Of a stretch of DNA of 64,000 bases, positions 1 through 34,135 are shown piece after piece. This stretch comes from Tubiluchus corallicola (taxonomy: Eukaryota; Animalia; Priapulida). Below the pieces are notes generated by a model that had not been told where the DNA came from, did no database searches, and worked only from the letters and a program-made list of their open reading frames with translations. Made by a program: the position numbers and the translations under genes. The stretch's first letter is position 1. Every line of letters starts with the position of its first letter. Location of the stretch: the NCBI GenBank assembly GCA_030141605.1, contig JAQGDQ010000012.1:1320359-1384358 (forward strand), read 5' to 3'.

Positions 1-89
1 TTTTGTTTTGTATTCACGAATAAAAATGGTTTTTAAAATAATTAATAATACTCTGTGTACTTAAGTACGCTTGTGTTTGACATTAACAG

Positions 90-2645
<2,556 letters not shown>

Positions 2646-3410
2646 TAGATTTTCTCTGTTCTCCAGGTGAATATAGCAAAATCAATTCTCCACGTGTATT
2701 GAATTGGTTGTATTGAAAAGTTGAATAGGTGGAACGTTTAGCTCTTGGAAGTTTGGTTCAATGAATAAGTTTCGAATTTGTTATTCAACTTCACTTACAA
2801 AATATGTAGGTTCTCTTCGATTTTGAACGTGCACAGGCTAGTCTGACAGACTAGTCCGTAAATAAGTACTAAACAAGAGGACTGAAATGGACACTATAGG
2901 AAACCGAAGCATCTCAGTGATGCCCAGAATAAAGTAATGTAACAATGTATTCTGTGAAATCCATATGTAAAGGAAATGTTACAGACCGGTGCACATAGCA
3001 CAATCAGTATAGAAGCAGCTGAAATTTACAACAGTCGTGGAAGTTTACTTGGGGTGCCGTTGAGATATAGATCTACCTCTGAATGAGATCTACTTTAGGT
3101 CTCTCGTGAAACGTGCATTCAGGAAATTAAATGGCAATGGACTATAGGTTATAAAATATTATAAAAAAAACTCAAGAAATTTTTTAAAGCACAGGACGAG
3201 CTACCTACAACAGTAATACAAATATACTAATGGCCATCAAACATTGGATAGTGCATGTTTATTGACTGGATCATCATTTCATCGCTAAAAGTATGTTAGC
3301 ATCCTTTCCTTGAAAATGGAAATGTCTGTTTAGTGATTTCTGTGCGGCGGATACATATAGTCTAGTAAAAGTGACAGTATGCATTAACACCTGTTATAGA
3401 ACACTAGTAA

Positions 3411-4206
3411 TCATTTGACTTTACCTTTGCTACGTGGTTTAATGAAAGTGCTGCTGATCGCTACACAGATTCCACGATTAGGAATCCCCAATTCTCTGTC
3501 CCCAAGACTCTCTAGTTGGCAGACGTAATTGTGAGGACACTCGAGGACAGCGTCATCTCCTGCCATCTTCATGGTGCTGCATGGTTCAGCTGAAAAGTAT
3601 CTAGAGCTTCGCATCAAACTCCTCATTAACATAAACTCTGTGCAAAAATATGACCGCGTACACACTAATTTTCATTTAATTTTCAATGTTTATTAATTAC
3701 AACTAATTAATTAATAGCATTTGTCTAACAATTATGCTAAGACAGCTGATATAAGTTTATAATTAGAATACTGAGAAAGTCAAATTATCGGATTTGATGA
3801 GCTATGTAGACTTACCTGGCTGAGGTTCTTCGGGACCATCGATAAGCCAAGATCTACCTATAAAAGAAATTTAAAACTGATTAAAATTAAAGATATCCAA
3901 AAATTTTGTTTTTGAAAATTTAGTTTCGATATTTTGAATTCATTACAGTAAACAGAAATAAGAAGCTTACCATCTTGAGTTTTTCGTTGAGGCTCTGTGA
4001 TCCAGTCCAAAACTAAAAAGATACATAGGGCTATGTAATACGATGAAAAAATAGTATTGTTTGTTAAAGAAGGATGTAAAAATATTGCTACGATATAAGA
4101 TAACTATTTCTGCTTCTAACTAGCGCAAATAGATGTGTAACAGCATGTTAAATGTTTTTAACAATTGACGTCAAACGTATTGGTCTATCGCTTCGACCAC
4201 AAATTT

Positions 4207-4238
<32 letters not shown>

Positions 4239-7200
4239 TATTTTAACACGAAATTAACACTTCAAGTAGCCAAAAATGACTTTTCAATTTAAACAGAATG
4301 TAAGGACGAAGTTTCAAAGCTATACAAAATACAGAGACATAAGTATAAAAAAGAAACTAAGCTAGTCAGCCTTGCTTTAAAATAAACGAGCAACAAAATT
4401 ATTAAGTCTCTCTTGCCTTTAAACACACAATATCAAGCCTGCGATATATTTTTCTATATTAATTGATCATGTGCTCATCTGCAATATTTATTAAGTTTTT
4501 GTATTTTTCCGTTTGTTAGGCTACGGAAATGGAATAAATTCGACTGTTCCATTCCATGGACGACCCTTATATTGAATGCCATGAGTCAAATAAGTCACAA
4601 TGGTATCTTTTAAACTTGATTATAACCAGAAAAATAGCATAAAGTTAGCTAATACCACATTTATGTATAATATAAGTTTTGACCACATTTGAATTAATTT
4701 TGACTGTGCAGATCTCACTGAGGTTTACTAAAACTGGCCAGAAAAGAAAACATTTTATTTTGTCCTTATTTAAAGTTAATCAAATAGTTGTTTTTATCTA
4801 ACTTGCAAAGTCGTAAACTAAAATAAACTGCGTATTTTCTTGATTGCAAAATGGTTTAATCAGCAACTCGTAGACGCAAGTGTTGTGCATTTCTTCCCAT
4901 AAACGAAACTAGACTATACATTTCCACTAATTCACTTGCAATTTCAAGTGACAATATTAAAATCTAGAGCCAGGCCAATTTTTCTCCCGCTAACTAATGA
5001 AAAGTTGAGCATTATTCATAACAGTTCAGACGGAGCTGTAGCTAAATGTCACGAACGTACCTGCTGCAGGGGTGTGTGAAATAACTTGCACGTTGATTGG
5101 GCAGTCAACGAAAATGATTGACATTATGTTAGACGGCAATTCTGGCTGTAATTAAAAGGACTGCAAACACACTCACCTGCGGGAGGAGAAATGGACTCCT
5201 GGCAGGTCAGGACGCAGCCGTTGTCACAACACTTTTGTCCTTCTTTGCATTCGCTGTCAGTCAAACATTTGGGGAGATCACAAGAAGCTTTCTGCACTAT
5301 CTGAGGAGGAAATGGACACATGTGTCCTGGCAACGCGGCCTCTTCCTCATCTTGCTAAAAGATAGGCGATGTTGAATAATTAGTGATAATATGTAATGTA
5401 ATGCGGTAATAATGATTAAACGCACGCTATCGTGTAGCTGTTAGTCGCCCATGGCAAGCATCTAATATTTAAGGTAAAACACTGCCTTTTTATTTGGTCA
5501 AGCAAAGTTCCTACTTCCAGATGCCGCTAAAAGAGTGAATAAATGAATTACCTGAATTAAGAGGACCCCCGGTTGAGCACAAAACCCCTTTGTGGAACGG
5601 CACTTGCCTTTCGATCGTTAGCGCACCTGTACAGTACCAACTCTAGTAGTTTGGTTGCATATTAATCGGAAAAATACATTTTCACTCAGCCGTGTCAAAT
5701 GGGGGAGCCAAATGGAGTCAAGAGGAACTAAATTTGTTGACATATGCCAAGCTAAAGTCATTCAGTTGAAATTACTCGTGCATGTTATCTTGATTTTCAG
5801 TGTGATGAAAAAGCTGTTTAAAATTTGTCTGTAATTTGAGTGGGCCAGCAGCTTAAACCAAGATTCATATTGAACAATTAATAAAGACCAAGGGCGCTGG
5901 TATTTAAAGAAAAAACGTACAGCCTACATATGTTCACAGCAAGACCATAATTATATGATATCCTGTTGTTCAAATTAGTTTTTCAGCGTAGTAACAACTA
6001 GAAATTCTATGTAAATAAAACATTGCTTAGCGATTTGTCCGTGAACGGTGAACATGCCCCAGGTACAGTTTGCTTTCCATTAAGGTGAACAACATTCGAA
6101 AGAAAAAACCGTATCAAGGACAAGATGACAGATCTGAAAATAGTGGCTGGCTTAAATTTGCTGAGCGAAGTCGGGAATCCATTAAAAACTTCGAAAAACT
6201 CTACGTGTTAGAACTACGCGTTAAATGTTTTTCTTCTCTTCAATTAAAGTCAGACATGTTTTGCTTTCAGTGCATGCCCTGTGCCAACACGGGGATTTTT
6301 TATTTTCATAAGTGTCTTAATTATGTCTCTCGAGGGTAACCACGTGGCAAGGTTTTATTGACTTGAGCAAGAATCTAGGTCCAACTTCTGTTATGTCGAA
6401 ACGCCTTGTTTTTGCATTTAACTGAGAACTACTGCTTACTAACGCGGAATGTTAGTATAAAGAATGCTTAAGAATATACAGGAAAGAGAAAATTAGTGGA
6501 AACGGGCAACAGGTGGTTTAGAAGATCGTATTATAAACACGGAGGCGTATACCATAAATATACCATAAATATAAAATGCACGTACATAGTAATCCGGAAA
6601 TTTGATAACCGAAGAAACCACGAGCTATTTAGAAATAAAGTTTTCATTAAACTACATGCAAATTCCTGTTCGAGAAAATCTTCACTGTTTATTATTTTAT
6701 AAAAAGCGAAACAAAATCGTTAATTAGTTTTGAGGTGTCGCATATTAGCAATTTGTGGATTCACGCTCTTAATAACTTGAGATGAGCGGTAGGTTCTGGT
6801 TTTTGTGACCGTGACTGGTAATTATTTTGTTGACTACCACTACGTCAAGTAATATTTTATTTTGCGATGACTAGTAGACAAGTGCTCAGCTTAACGTCCC
6901 TTTCAGTAAAGCTTTCCTAGGAAAGACACTTTTGTTCTTTTGGTTCACTACCGACGGCCTTGTGACTTGTTTTTTCAACCCTTTTTCTTATTCCTATTCC
7001 TTTTTATAACAATGTAATTACATGTCGCTAGTTATGTCTGTTAAATGTTTTCAGTCAACTTTGATGACGATTTCAACTGCAATTCAGTTTGATTTAACAC
7101 ATTCACGTCTTAGGCGCCATATCTCATTCTATTAGTTCTTCATTTTTGCCAAACCAACATTAAAGATAAAACAAAGGCCTAGCAAAACTCTTTTGTCATT

Positions 7201-7650
7201 CATTGTTCCAAATAGTTATTCTAGTCTAACCACCCTAGATAGAAATGCATTTCTTGTGAAAATAAAGGAATGGGTTAATGTAATTATAATATATAAGAAA
7301 AACTGATATATTAAAGTTACTAAGAACATCAGTATGAGACAGTTATTGAAGGTTTTGCTAATTCTTCATTCTTTAAGTAATTCTTAATTGATTTGTATAA
7401 TTTATAGTGATTATTGTTTTGTACATATGTATTTAAAATATTATTTATCATCTGTATAAACTTACTGTAATGAATATGCATTGAAATGCGCTGCGGAACA
7501 GCCACAGTTACTTACCAACCAAATTTCATTGTTGCTTTTCACTTGGCGTTTCCGTCGAGTCTCCAACCGTCTTGAAAAATGAGGATGAGAAATGCATATC
7601 GTAAAACACGTCCCCAACCACAGCGTAAACCAACTTTTTAGTAAACACAT
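3411..7650 (-). CDS. WFDC1: WAP four-disulfide core domain protein 1-like (ps20), secreted; 5 coding exons, ~191 aa
   Basis: Phase-consistent GT-AG exons: 7650-7516 (MCLLKSWFTLWLGTCFTICISHP..RRKR..IWL, signal-peptide-like), 5354-5177 (WAP domain CPFPP..C..PKCLTDSECKEGQKCCDNGCVLTC), 4012-3971 (VLDWITEPQRKTQD), 3857-3816 (GRSWLIDGPEEPQP), 3589-3411 (AEPCST..LECPHNYVCQLESLGD..GIPNRGICV). Matches recalled vertebrate WFDC1 motifs (PPVLDW, WLLDGPEE, CST, GIPNRGQCV). The 3' end is uncertain: a donor at 3424 may lead to a further exon (acceptor candidate at 2868). Confidence 0.9.
4207..4239. repeat. (CAG)n microsatellite
   Basis: About 11 gca/cag units in WFDC1 intron 2. Confidence 0.9.
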
Positions 7651-8271
7651 GAGTCACTGGCTGCCTTAAATTTCGCTTAAATTACGTACAAAAATTACCG
7701 GATTTAAGTTTTACTATTTCGTGTCACTTCATTTTCGTTATCGTGTCTATAGTTCTGAAAGATAACCATAGAAGTTTAGTTCTATCATTATAGCTACACC
7801 TTCTCGTAAATGCGTTTCACAAATCCTTCTTGCATCTCACACACACGCAACACGACACGGTCTATACAAGAACACGCATACGCCACACCATTATTTATGA
7901 ATGTGCCGTAAAAAGCAAAAACTGTGTCAGCTGAAGGGCTCTGATGTTGATGTTATTGCCTTATGTTCGCAGCTGAGGAATAAGAAAAAATGTTCGTGGA
8001 AAATTTGTTTATATATAAAGCAAAACACAAGCCCAGGAAATTGACGCCGTGCACCATTAAATTTTCCGGCATGTTTGAATTTCCTTTTTTGTGTACGGTT
8101 ACAAGACGGCAACGGCTATTTTGTACAAAAAATCGCTGTTATTTCAAAAAAAGCAATGTCAAAATTTCCTGTTTGCCTATTCAGCAGTTGTCGTTGTGGT
8201 CGTTTTTACTGTTATTGTTTTTGCAGAACTTAGTTTCACTAAACACTCACAGTCTCATGAAATAAAAATGA

Positions 8272-8272
<1 letters not shown>

Positions 8273-8305
<33 letters not shown>

Positions 8306-8436
8306 GATGATGATGATGATGATGATGATGCATGAGGATGATAGAGACGATGACGATCATGATAGCGACCACGATAACGATAATGATAACTATAATGATT
8401 ATAATAATGATAATGATAACGATAACGATAATAACG
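8273..8436. repeat. Compound (TTG)n/(ATG)n/(GAT/AAT)n microsatellite
   Basis: Visible trinucleotide runs. Confidence 0.9.
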
Positions 8437-9830
8437 GTTATCGCCGTTTTGCATACAAGATTATAACCTTAATTTTTCGATCTTTTTTGTGTTTGTTACT
8501 TGATTTATTTTTATTTGTTTGACAGCAATTGAAAATTTAGTTTGTGAAATTTGCATTTTGTCAGCGTAGTCGAGCACATGTTTTGTGTCATTGTTTTATT
8601 AAACTATTTAGAGCTTCAGACATACGTTAAGTGAGGCATCATTATGGTTTTGAATATCAGTAATTAGGTATTGCTGTTTAGTTGCATAGCTTTAGTTTGA
8701 GATACGTTTTTCAATGTTTAGGAGTGTAATTTATGACTAAAATGTAAAATAAATCACAGTACTAAATTTTGTGAAAATCATTTTTCTTATAAAATTTTGA
8801 ACCATTTCGTGTGTAATTAAAAGCATTAGTATTGAGTATGAGTATGAGTATGAAGTAATTAGAAATTCCTATTTCTTTTTTTGTATAATTTATTGAGTCT
8901 GCAAACATATTGAGAATTATAAAAGCAGGATTCTTGAAAACGCAGTGTGGTCCGCAGCAGTAAATGTTGTTAGATTCGCATTGTAGATAAAATGACCTTG
9001 TGATGACCCTGATCTTGTATTTCCTCTAGGGGAATCAAAGAGGGGCATGCTGCGTTAGTTTTACATCTCATAACAGAAGGGAGCTAGTATGATAGTCACT
9101 AAATGTATGGATGCAGATCGGCCTAAGGCTGATGTTAAAAATACGGGGGACTATGGCCTATTTGCACTCTATACACTCATGGATCTGAAGAAAAAGAAAG
9201 ATCAAATGGCAGGCAATAAAATAATTAATCAAGCAATTTAATCATGAACAAATTCCAAAGTGATTCGATTTAAGCAAAAGTTCAGTAGTAACAAAGATAT
9301 AGCAATACTAACAAAGCTTGGGGTTAGTAGGGTATATACACGTTTGCACGAAGTTCATGTCTGCCCACTATGTACCTAGGTTTTTTGGAACACCTTTCCT
9401 TTAAAGCGAACAGTTTGTAGAACGGTAGCAATACGTCGTAATATAACTTCTGCGTCTGAATACAGTTGTGATTCCAAACTTCGTCAGAGAAAATACCAAT
9501 TAGTCTTTACCCAGCAAGTAGCATCGGAGAACATTAGGCTAGTATACGTGATGTTTACGTTATCAGTGCGACGTTAGTTACGATCGTAACAAAAGCGAAA
9601 AGTACCTGTTACCACCCTGGATGTGGTTCTGTAGTAGGCCGATCCATTTGTCAGTCAGTGGGTAACTCCACTATTGCAGACTGCAAGCCAGCATCTCTGG
9701 GCAACTCTGGTTGACGACCACAGGTTACAACAACTAGGCTCTCAGTATCACCATGTACATTACACACCATATCTTGTGTGAAACTTTCTAGTACGGCATT
9801 TCTCTTCAAAAACATATAACTTCACAGAGA

Positions 9831-9912
9831 CGAGTAAACGACCTGTCTCGTTCTGTGTCAAGTTGCCGTCTCGAGTAAACGACCTGTCTCGTTCTGTGTC
9901 AAGTTGCCGTCT
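9831..9912. repeat. Perfect 41-bp tandem duplication
   Basis: cgagtaaacgacctgtctcgttctgtgtcaagttgccgtct occurs twice (9831-9871, 9872-9912). Confidence 0.95.
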
Positions 9913-11661
9913 ATATCTAAACAGTGTTAAACGAAGTTCGTCGAGAAGCCACTCGCTTAAACAGCTATAATTTTATTCACCTTTGCACTATCCTTAACCT
10001 TGACTTAGCCACTGCATTACAGCCGCGATAGGGCAGACAAGAGTGGGTCAGACGGAATTCCAAAGGGGGTTTGTTAGTAGGTGCCTACATCCTAACAAAA
10101 TATCAATAATTAATAATACAATTAACTATCACTGCCAGTAGCTAAATATCATACATATCAATTAATTAAATATACAGTATGAATAGGGCTTAATGTTGCA
10201 TAAGCATAATGTGAGAACTATTAAATGTAGGGCGGAACATGACAGACCTCCCGGAGTGTAATACATGGTGGTTATAAAGGCAACTGCAGTCTATAGAGCT
10301 AATAGGTTCTACTAGAGCAGAGTGGACTCTATTCCAAACATTCAAAGTTAATATGGTGTAAATTGGCTGGTCGTTTTTACAACCGATTTTTGTTGGAATT
10401 ATACCAGTCTTTCAATAGACCAAGGTTATTTGTTACTGTGAATGCGGAACTTTTTTGTACTTTAAGTTGCAAAACATGTAGTATGTTTGCGGTATTTCTT
10501 GATGTGTAGTTTAGGACGAACAATATTTATTAGATTAAATTTACTTTAATTTAATATTCACGTAAATATTTTTGGTGAAAATACATGGTTATTGTAATTG
10601 CCACTGTACATCAGAAATTACGAACGTCTATAACAATAATGGTTTAATTTAAATTTCTTTAAATTAAGCATGACTGGCTTGTATGCCCATGCACAGCCTG
10701 ACTTTGATCACTAGGATGCATGTTTAATCACAGTGTTACGCTCACAGAACCGTATTTATTTACAAGCTTAGTTTCCTGCCTGAAGTTTAATTGCTCTCAA
10801 GTTACGAAGCCTGTAATCGTGTGATATTGGCTTTTGCAATTGACGCTAGATAGCGCCACGTACTATATTTCTTGCTGCAATCTCACGAAGAATTTCGTAT
10901 TACCCCTTTACTGTTATCTCTCTCTCTCGACTTCATTATACATGTACTTTATTTTTTCATTTGCACAGAAATCGCACATGATATCCCCTGTTCCCTTGCA
11001 CTGTGAAACGACTTTAATTTTTCTACATAATAGCACAAAGGTTTTGGTGCTTCGTTGATTAATTACAATGATTGCATTTGCATAAGTTTTAGAGTTCTCT
11101 GTTGAAACAATTAAAAAAGTTTTTCAAATATAGACAACTGATTTTGAAAAATTTAATGACTAAAAACCTGTTCGTTTGAACTAATGTTTATCCAACAAAA
11201 AATGACAAAACGCAGCTTTAATGTTAGCCTTTCAGAGTCAGCAGATGTTGTGACCTTGATAAGAAGTGTAAAACTTAGTTGTTAATGCTTAAACATTTAA
11301 AAATCGTCATTTAATTTTAATGTATGCTGCCCTAATGAGAATTTTTTACCGAGCAATTTTACTTGTTAAAAATTATTTTAATGTACTAACCTTGCATTGA
11401 CCATCATAGAAATATTGTATTATATGCAATCTTGACATGTATTCATGTAAGAAATAAATTTTTATTGTATTCTAAAGGCAAATCCACTGCTCATTTCAGT
11501 TTAACCAAGTGATACTGTTATCCAGAATGTAAGCTTCTGTCAGACCATGGCCACGATAAGTAATCATTATTGTAAAAATGTTGATTTGCTATTACTAGAT
11601 TTGTTATTAGTTAGTTATGATAGTAACTAAATTAAAGGTATGCTAACAATGGTAGTATTAT

Positions 11662-30868
<19,207 letters not shown>

Positions 30869-32129
30869 TTTGCAGATTTCATCGTCCGTAAAACAGAATT
30901 TGAACGTACTCACTTGCTATTTCGTTTAGCAATAGACTTAATTCTTCCTTCATAGCTAAGGGTACTGCGTGTAACAAGTTAATAACGCGAATGATGGCAA
31001 TAAATCAAATTTTGCTGCACGACTAGACTGGTTTTCACGAATCAGTATGCTTGTAAATGACACCAAAGACGTTTCACTTGATTATTTTAATGACGGTTAA
31101 CACTACGAAAGAAAAGACAACGCAGCAATCAAAATTCTGAGGTTTCTAAGGATTCACACCTTTTCGCTGCAATATTATAGAAAGGATTTTTTTCGCTGCC
31201 ATTTCCTGCTCTTCGCAATGAGAGCAATGTTTAACTAAAGAATTATTTGCACGGATAGACAAACCTGTGGTTTTCAGGCACCTATGCTAACTTTTAGGTG
31301 TTAAAGTGTGCACTGATGCAAAACGTAAGCAACTGCACTATGCATAATAAATGAAATTGCAGAAAAAGAAGATTAAACAATGACTAAAGTGCTGGTATAT
31401 AAAGTCGGACAATGGCGATTCTAAGTACGTACACCTTCTATCACAATTTTTGTGAATTCTCAAATGAATGTCAACTCTCCCATTTAATTATATTTCAATA
31501 AATACAATACGCCATGAAAAGTGAGGCTTGTGTTATGAAGTTATAAATGTAAGTGTTTTTAAGATCTTTATAGAATAAAACAACTTATAATAAAAAAGAT
31601 AAGAATAGAAATTGAGTTATAAATATTACAATATTACGTATGGACTTATCAGTGCTAATGACACAGTAGTTTGATTTCCAACTTCAGATGGTAGAGGGAT
31701 ACTGAGTAAGTAGTCTAGTAACAAATTTCGTCATCGAATTACAAAAACATCTCTTTTTTAACTTTAGTCATTTTGTAGAATTTTAACAATTTTCATAGTT
31801 CTTTGTGTTTTATATTATACTTTTCATATACCTGTAAGACAGCGTGCAGAGGATTTACTGAAGATTGCTTATTGTTCTCAAAATACTGGCAGAATTGACA
31901 ATGCTCTTGATTTCTCCTAGACGCAAAATAAATACAATAATTAAGCTGGATGGACTGTGCACAGGCGCACTGCCGTCAGTCTGATGCATTATATTTCTTC
32001 CAGGCATGCAGTTATAAAATAAAATTATTATTAATGATATAATTTTCATTTTGTTATAGTTTTTTTTAGTTTGATCTTACGCTGATCAAATTGCAGTCGT
32101 TATGATATCACAAACACAATTGCAGTTAC

Positions 32130-33137
32130 CTACAGTTTTTCATTGCAATGACTTTTTTCAGAACAGTTGTTTGATATTACTTCAAATAACTCTGCCAGCG
32201 GTCCAAGTCCTGCACTCACCACCATCTTACCATCAGGCGTCTTCGAGCGCCTGTCTTCGACATACATGATGAGTTTGGGCTCTTTTCTTTTCTTTGCTTC
32301 ATCCCGGGCTTTACCGCCATGCTCAGCAACGCGCAATAAGTCTCTGTAATACAGCTCTCTTCCCGATTGTACTGACTTGAACTTATCTTCATAGATGTCG
32401 CACCAATCCTCGTCGTTTTTTCGGCCGAAGTATTTTTGAATGTCCTTGTTAATCGCTCTTGAAAACTCCAGGAGTTGGCTGATCATGACGTCATCACTAT
32501 CATCAACCGCACTGGCGTCTTCCCATTCAGATTCAGACTCCATATTTATAGATTCTAGCTCACTATCACTAACAATATCTTCAGTTTCATCAAATTCTAC
32601 ACACCGTTCTGTCCACTCTGGAGAAGATGGAGGTATTTCCTGTTCGAGGCATTGCTTTGTATTTTTTGATACTATACCCCCAAGAGCTTCCTCTGTCCAC
32701 TGATGAGTTTCTTGGAATGCAGACCATTTTCGAAGATTTTGTTGTTTATCTTGCAAGAACGTTGTGTTATGATTCTCTTGACATAGATTTCTTCCTTGGG
32801 TAGTTGTCAACTGATTTACGTTTTGTTCTTTCTTGTGGAAGTTATTTGAAAACTGCTCATGCTCCACTCCAAACTGACTAGGTAGCCAATTTCCCATATT
32901 TGAAGATAGCTTAATCCTATCACTATATGGTTCACTAACAACACCATCGTACACGTTGCACTTTTTGAAAGTTCTGTACGGAAAAGAATAACAAGCACTT
33001 GCCTGTTTTACCACATCATTCGTTACTCTGTAGTTATTGTAAAAATTTCGTTGATAGTCTTTATGACAGAAATCTTTCCTCCACTGTTCTTGAGAGTTAT
33101 GTGTAAGATTATACGGAAGATGAGAAACTGAGTACAT
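32130..33137 (-). CDS. PERCC1: PERCC1-like protein (single coding exon, 335 aa)
   Basis: Intact 1008-nt ORF. An acidic tract is followed by MISQLLEFSRAINKDIQKYFGRK..WCDIYEDKF..SGRELYYRDLLRVAE and LGPLAELFE, matching recalled PERCC1 motifs (QLLRF..I..DIQRYFGRK, CD.Y, RELYYADL, LGPLAELF). Confidence 0.85.
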   Translation of the reverse strand: MYSVSHLPYNLTHNSQEQWRKDFCHKDYQRNFYNNYRVTNDVVKQASACYSFPYRTFKKCNVYDGVVSEPYSDRIKLSSNMGNWLPSQFGVEHEQFSNNFHKKEQNVNQLTTTQGRNLCQENHNTTFLQDKQQNLRKWSAFQETHQWTEEALGGIVSKNTKQCLEQEIPPSSPEWTERCVEFDETEDIVSDSELESINMESESEWEDASAVDDSDDVMISQLLEFSRAINKDIQKYFGRKNDEDWCDIYEDKFKSVQSGRELYYRDLLRVAEHGGKARDEAKKRKEPKLIMYVEDRRSKTPDGKMVVSAGLGPLAELFEVISNNCSEKSHCNEKL

Positions 33138-33381
33138 GTTGAGTTATTTTTGCTATTTAATCGCGTCAAATTCTTAAGCCACATTTAATGCAAACAGGAG
33201 ACGAACACCATTCTGCAAGTTTGCAAGTACTTGCCACTATAAACAGAATTTGTCGTATCTTTGTAAATCGGTAGTCCGGGACTAGAAGATCCATCTCTAA
33301 TCCACGTTAACACAATAAAAACTTGATCTTCGGACTTCGAAGACGCCTGAGTGATAGACAAACGCGATTTTCTGCAAATAA

Positions 33382-33382
<1 letters not shown>

Positions 33383-33444
<62 letters not shown>

Positions 33445-33455
33445 TAAATAACAAT

Positions 33456-33497
<42 letters not shown>

Positions 33498-33522
33498 AAT
33501 AATAATAATAAAGAATAATAAT
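33383..33522. repeat. (AAT)n/(AAC)n microsatellite next to a putative splice acceptor
   Basis: Visible run; minus-strand acceptor ttatttgcag at 33372-33381. Confidence 0.95.
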
Positions 33523-33911
33523 ACATATAATAAATTACATCAGTTCTACCTGGGACCACAAGTAAAGCGACCTTGAGTATTGTTCATCTATGAATGGCTT
33601 TTATGTGAAACGGTATACTGTAAACTGTAAACAAAGGACTACTTAATTCAAATCAATTTGCATACAGATTGTAGAGATTTTCCATCCAGTATGCACAATG
33701 TTCTGCACTTTGTTAAAATTATAATTGAAGTAAAAATAATCAACAACCAATTTCTGCAATGTTAAACTTCTATGTTAATCATAGTATTTAAAATTTCGAC
33801 CGTTTAAATGAAAAGTTTTTGCTATTCACCTCAAATTAATAACGATTTAATTTTCGGGTTTACTGTTATACCATATGTATATAACTTTACTAATAAGTAC
33901 TTCAAACGTAC

Positions 33912-34135
33912 CTTGTACTTTGCCTAATCTCACCTCGATGTCGCATGACTTGTTAAATGTTTACGGGTGTCTAGCAGCTGAGACAACTTACAGACGTTGC
34001 TTCTGTTGTATACACTTGTTTACAAATCAGTAACTTATCTATATTATTAACATTACACGTGTACACAAACATGGACGCGCGGGTTTCGTCTATTATCTTT
34101 ATCCGCAAAACACTGCACAAGAGCTTATATAATAC
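33912..34135 (-). promoter_or_regulatory. Putative PERCC1 promoter and first (leader) exon
   Basis: Minus-strand TATATAA near 34124-34130; donor candidates AAG|gtacgt (33911) and GAG|gtgaga (~33932); acceptor at 33371. Inference only. Confidence 0.35.

Noticed and set aside
5551-5625. Possible extra 75-nt WFDC1 exon
   Set aside because: AG/GT flanks are present, but the phase-0 frame needed between exons 1 and 2 has an early TAA.
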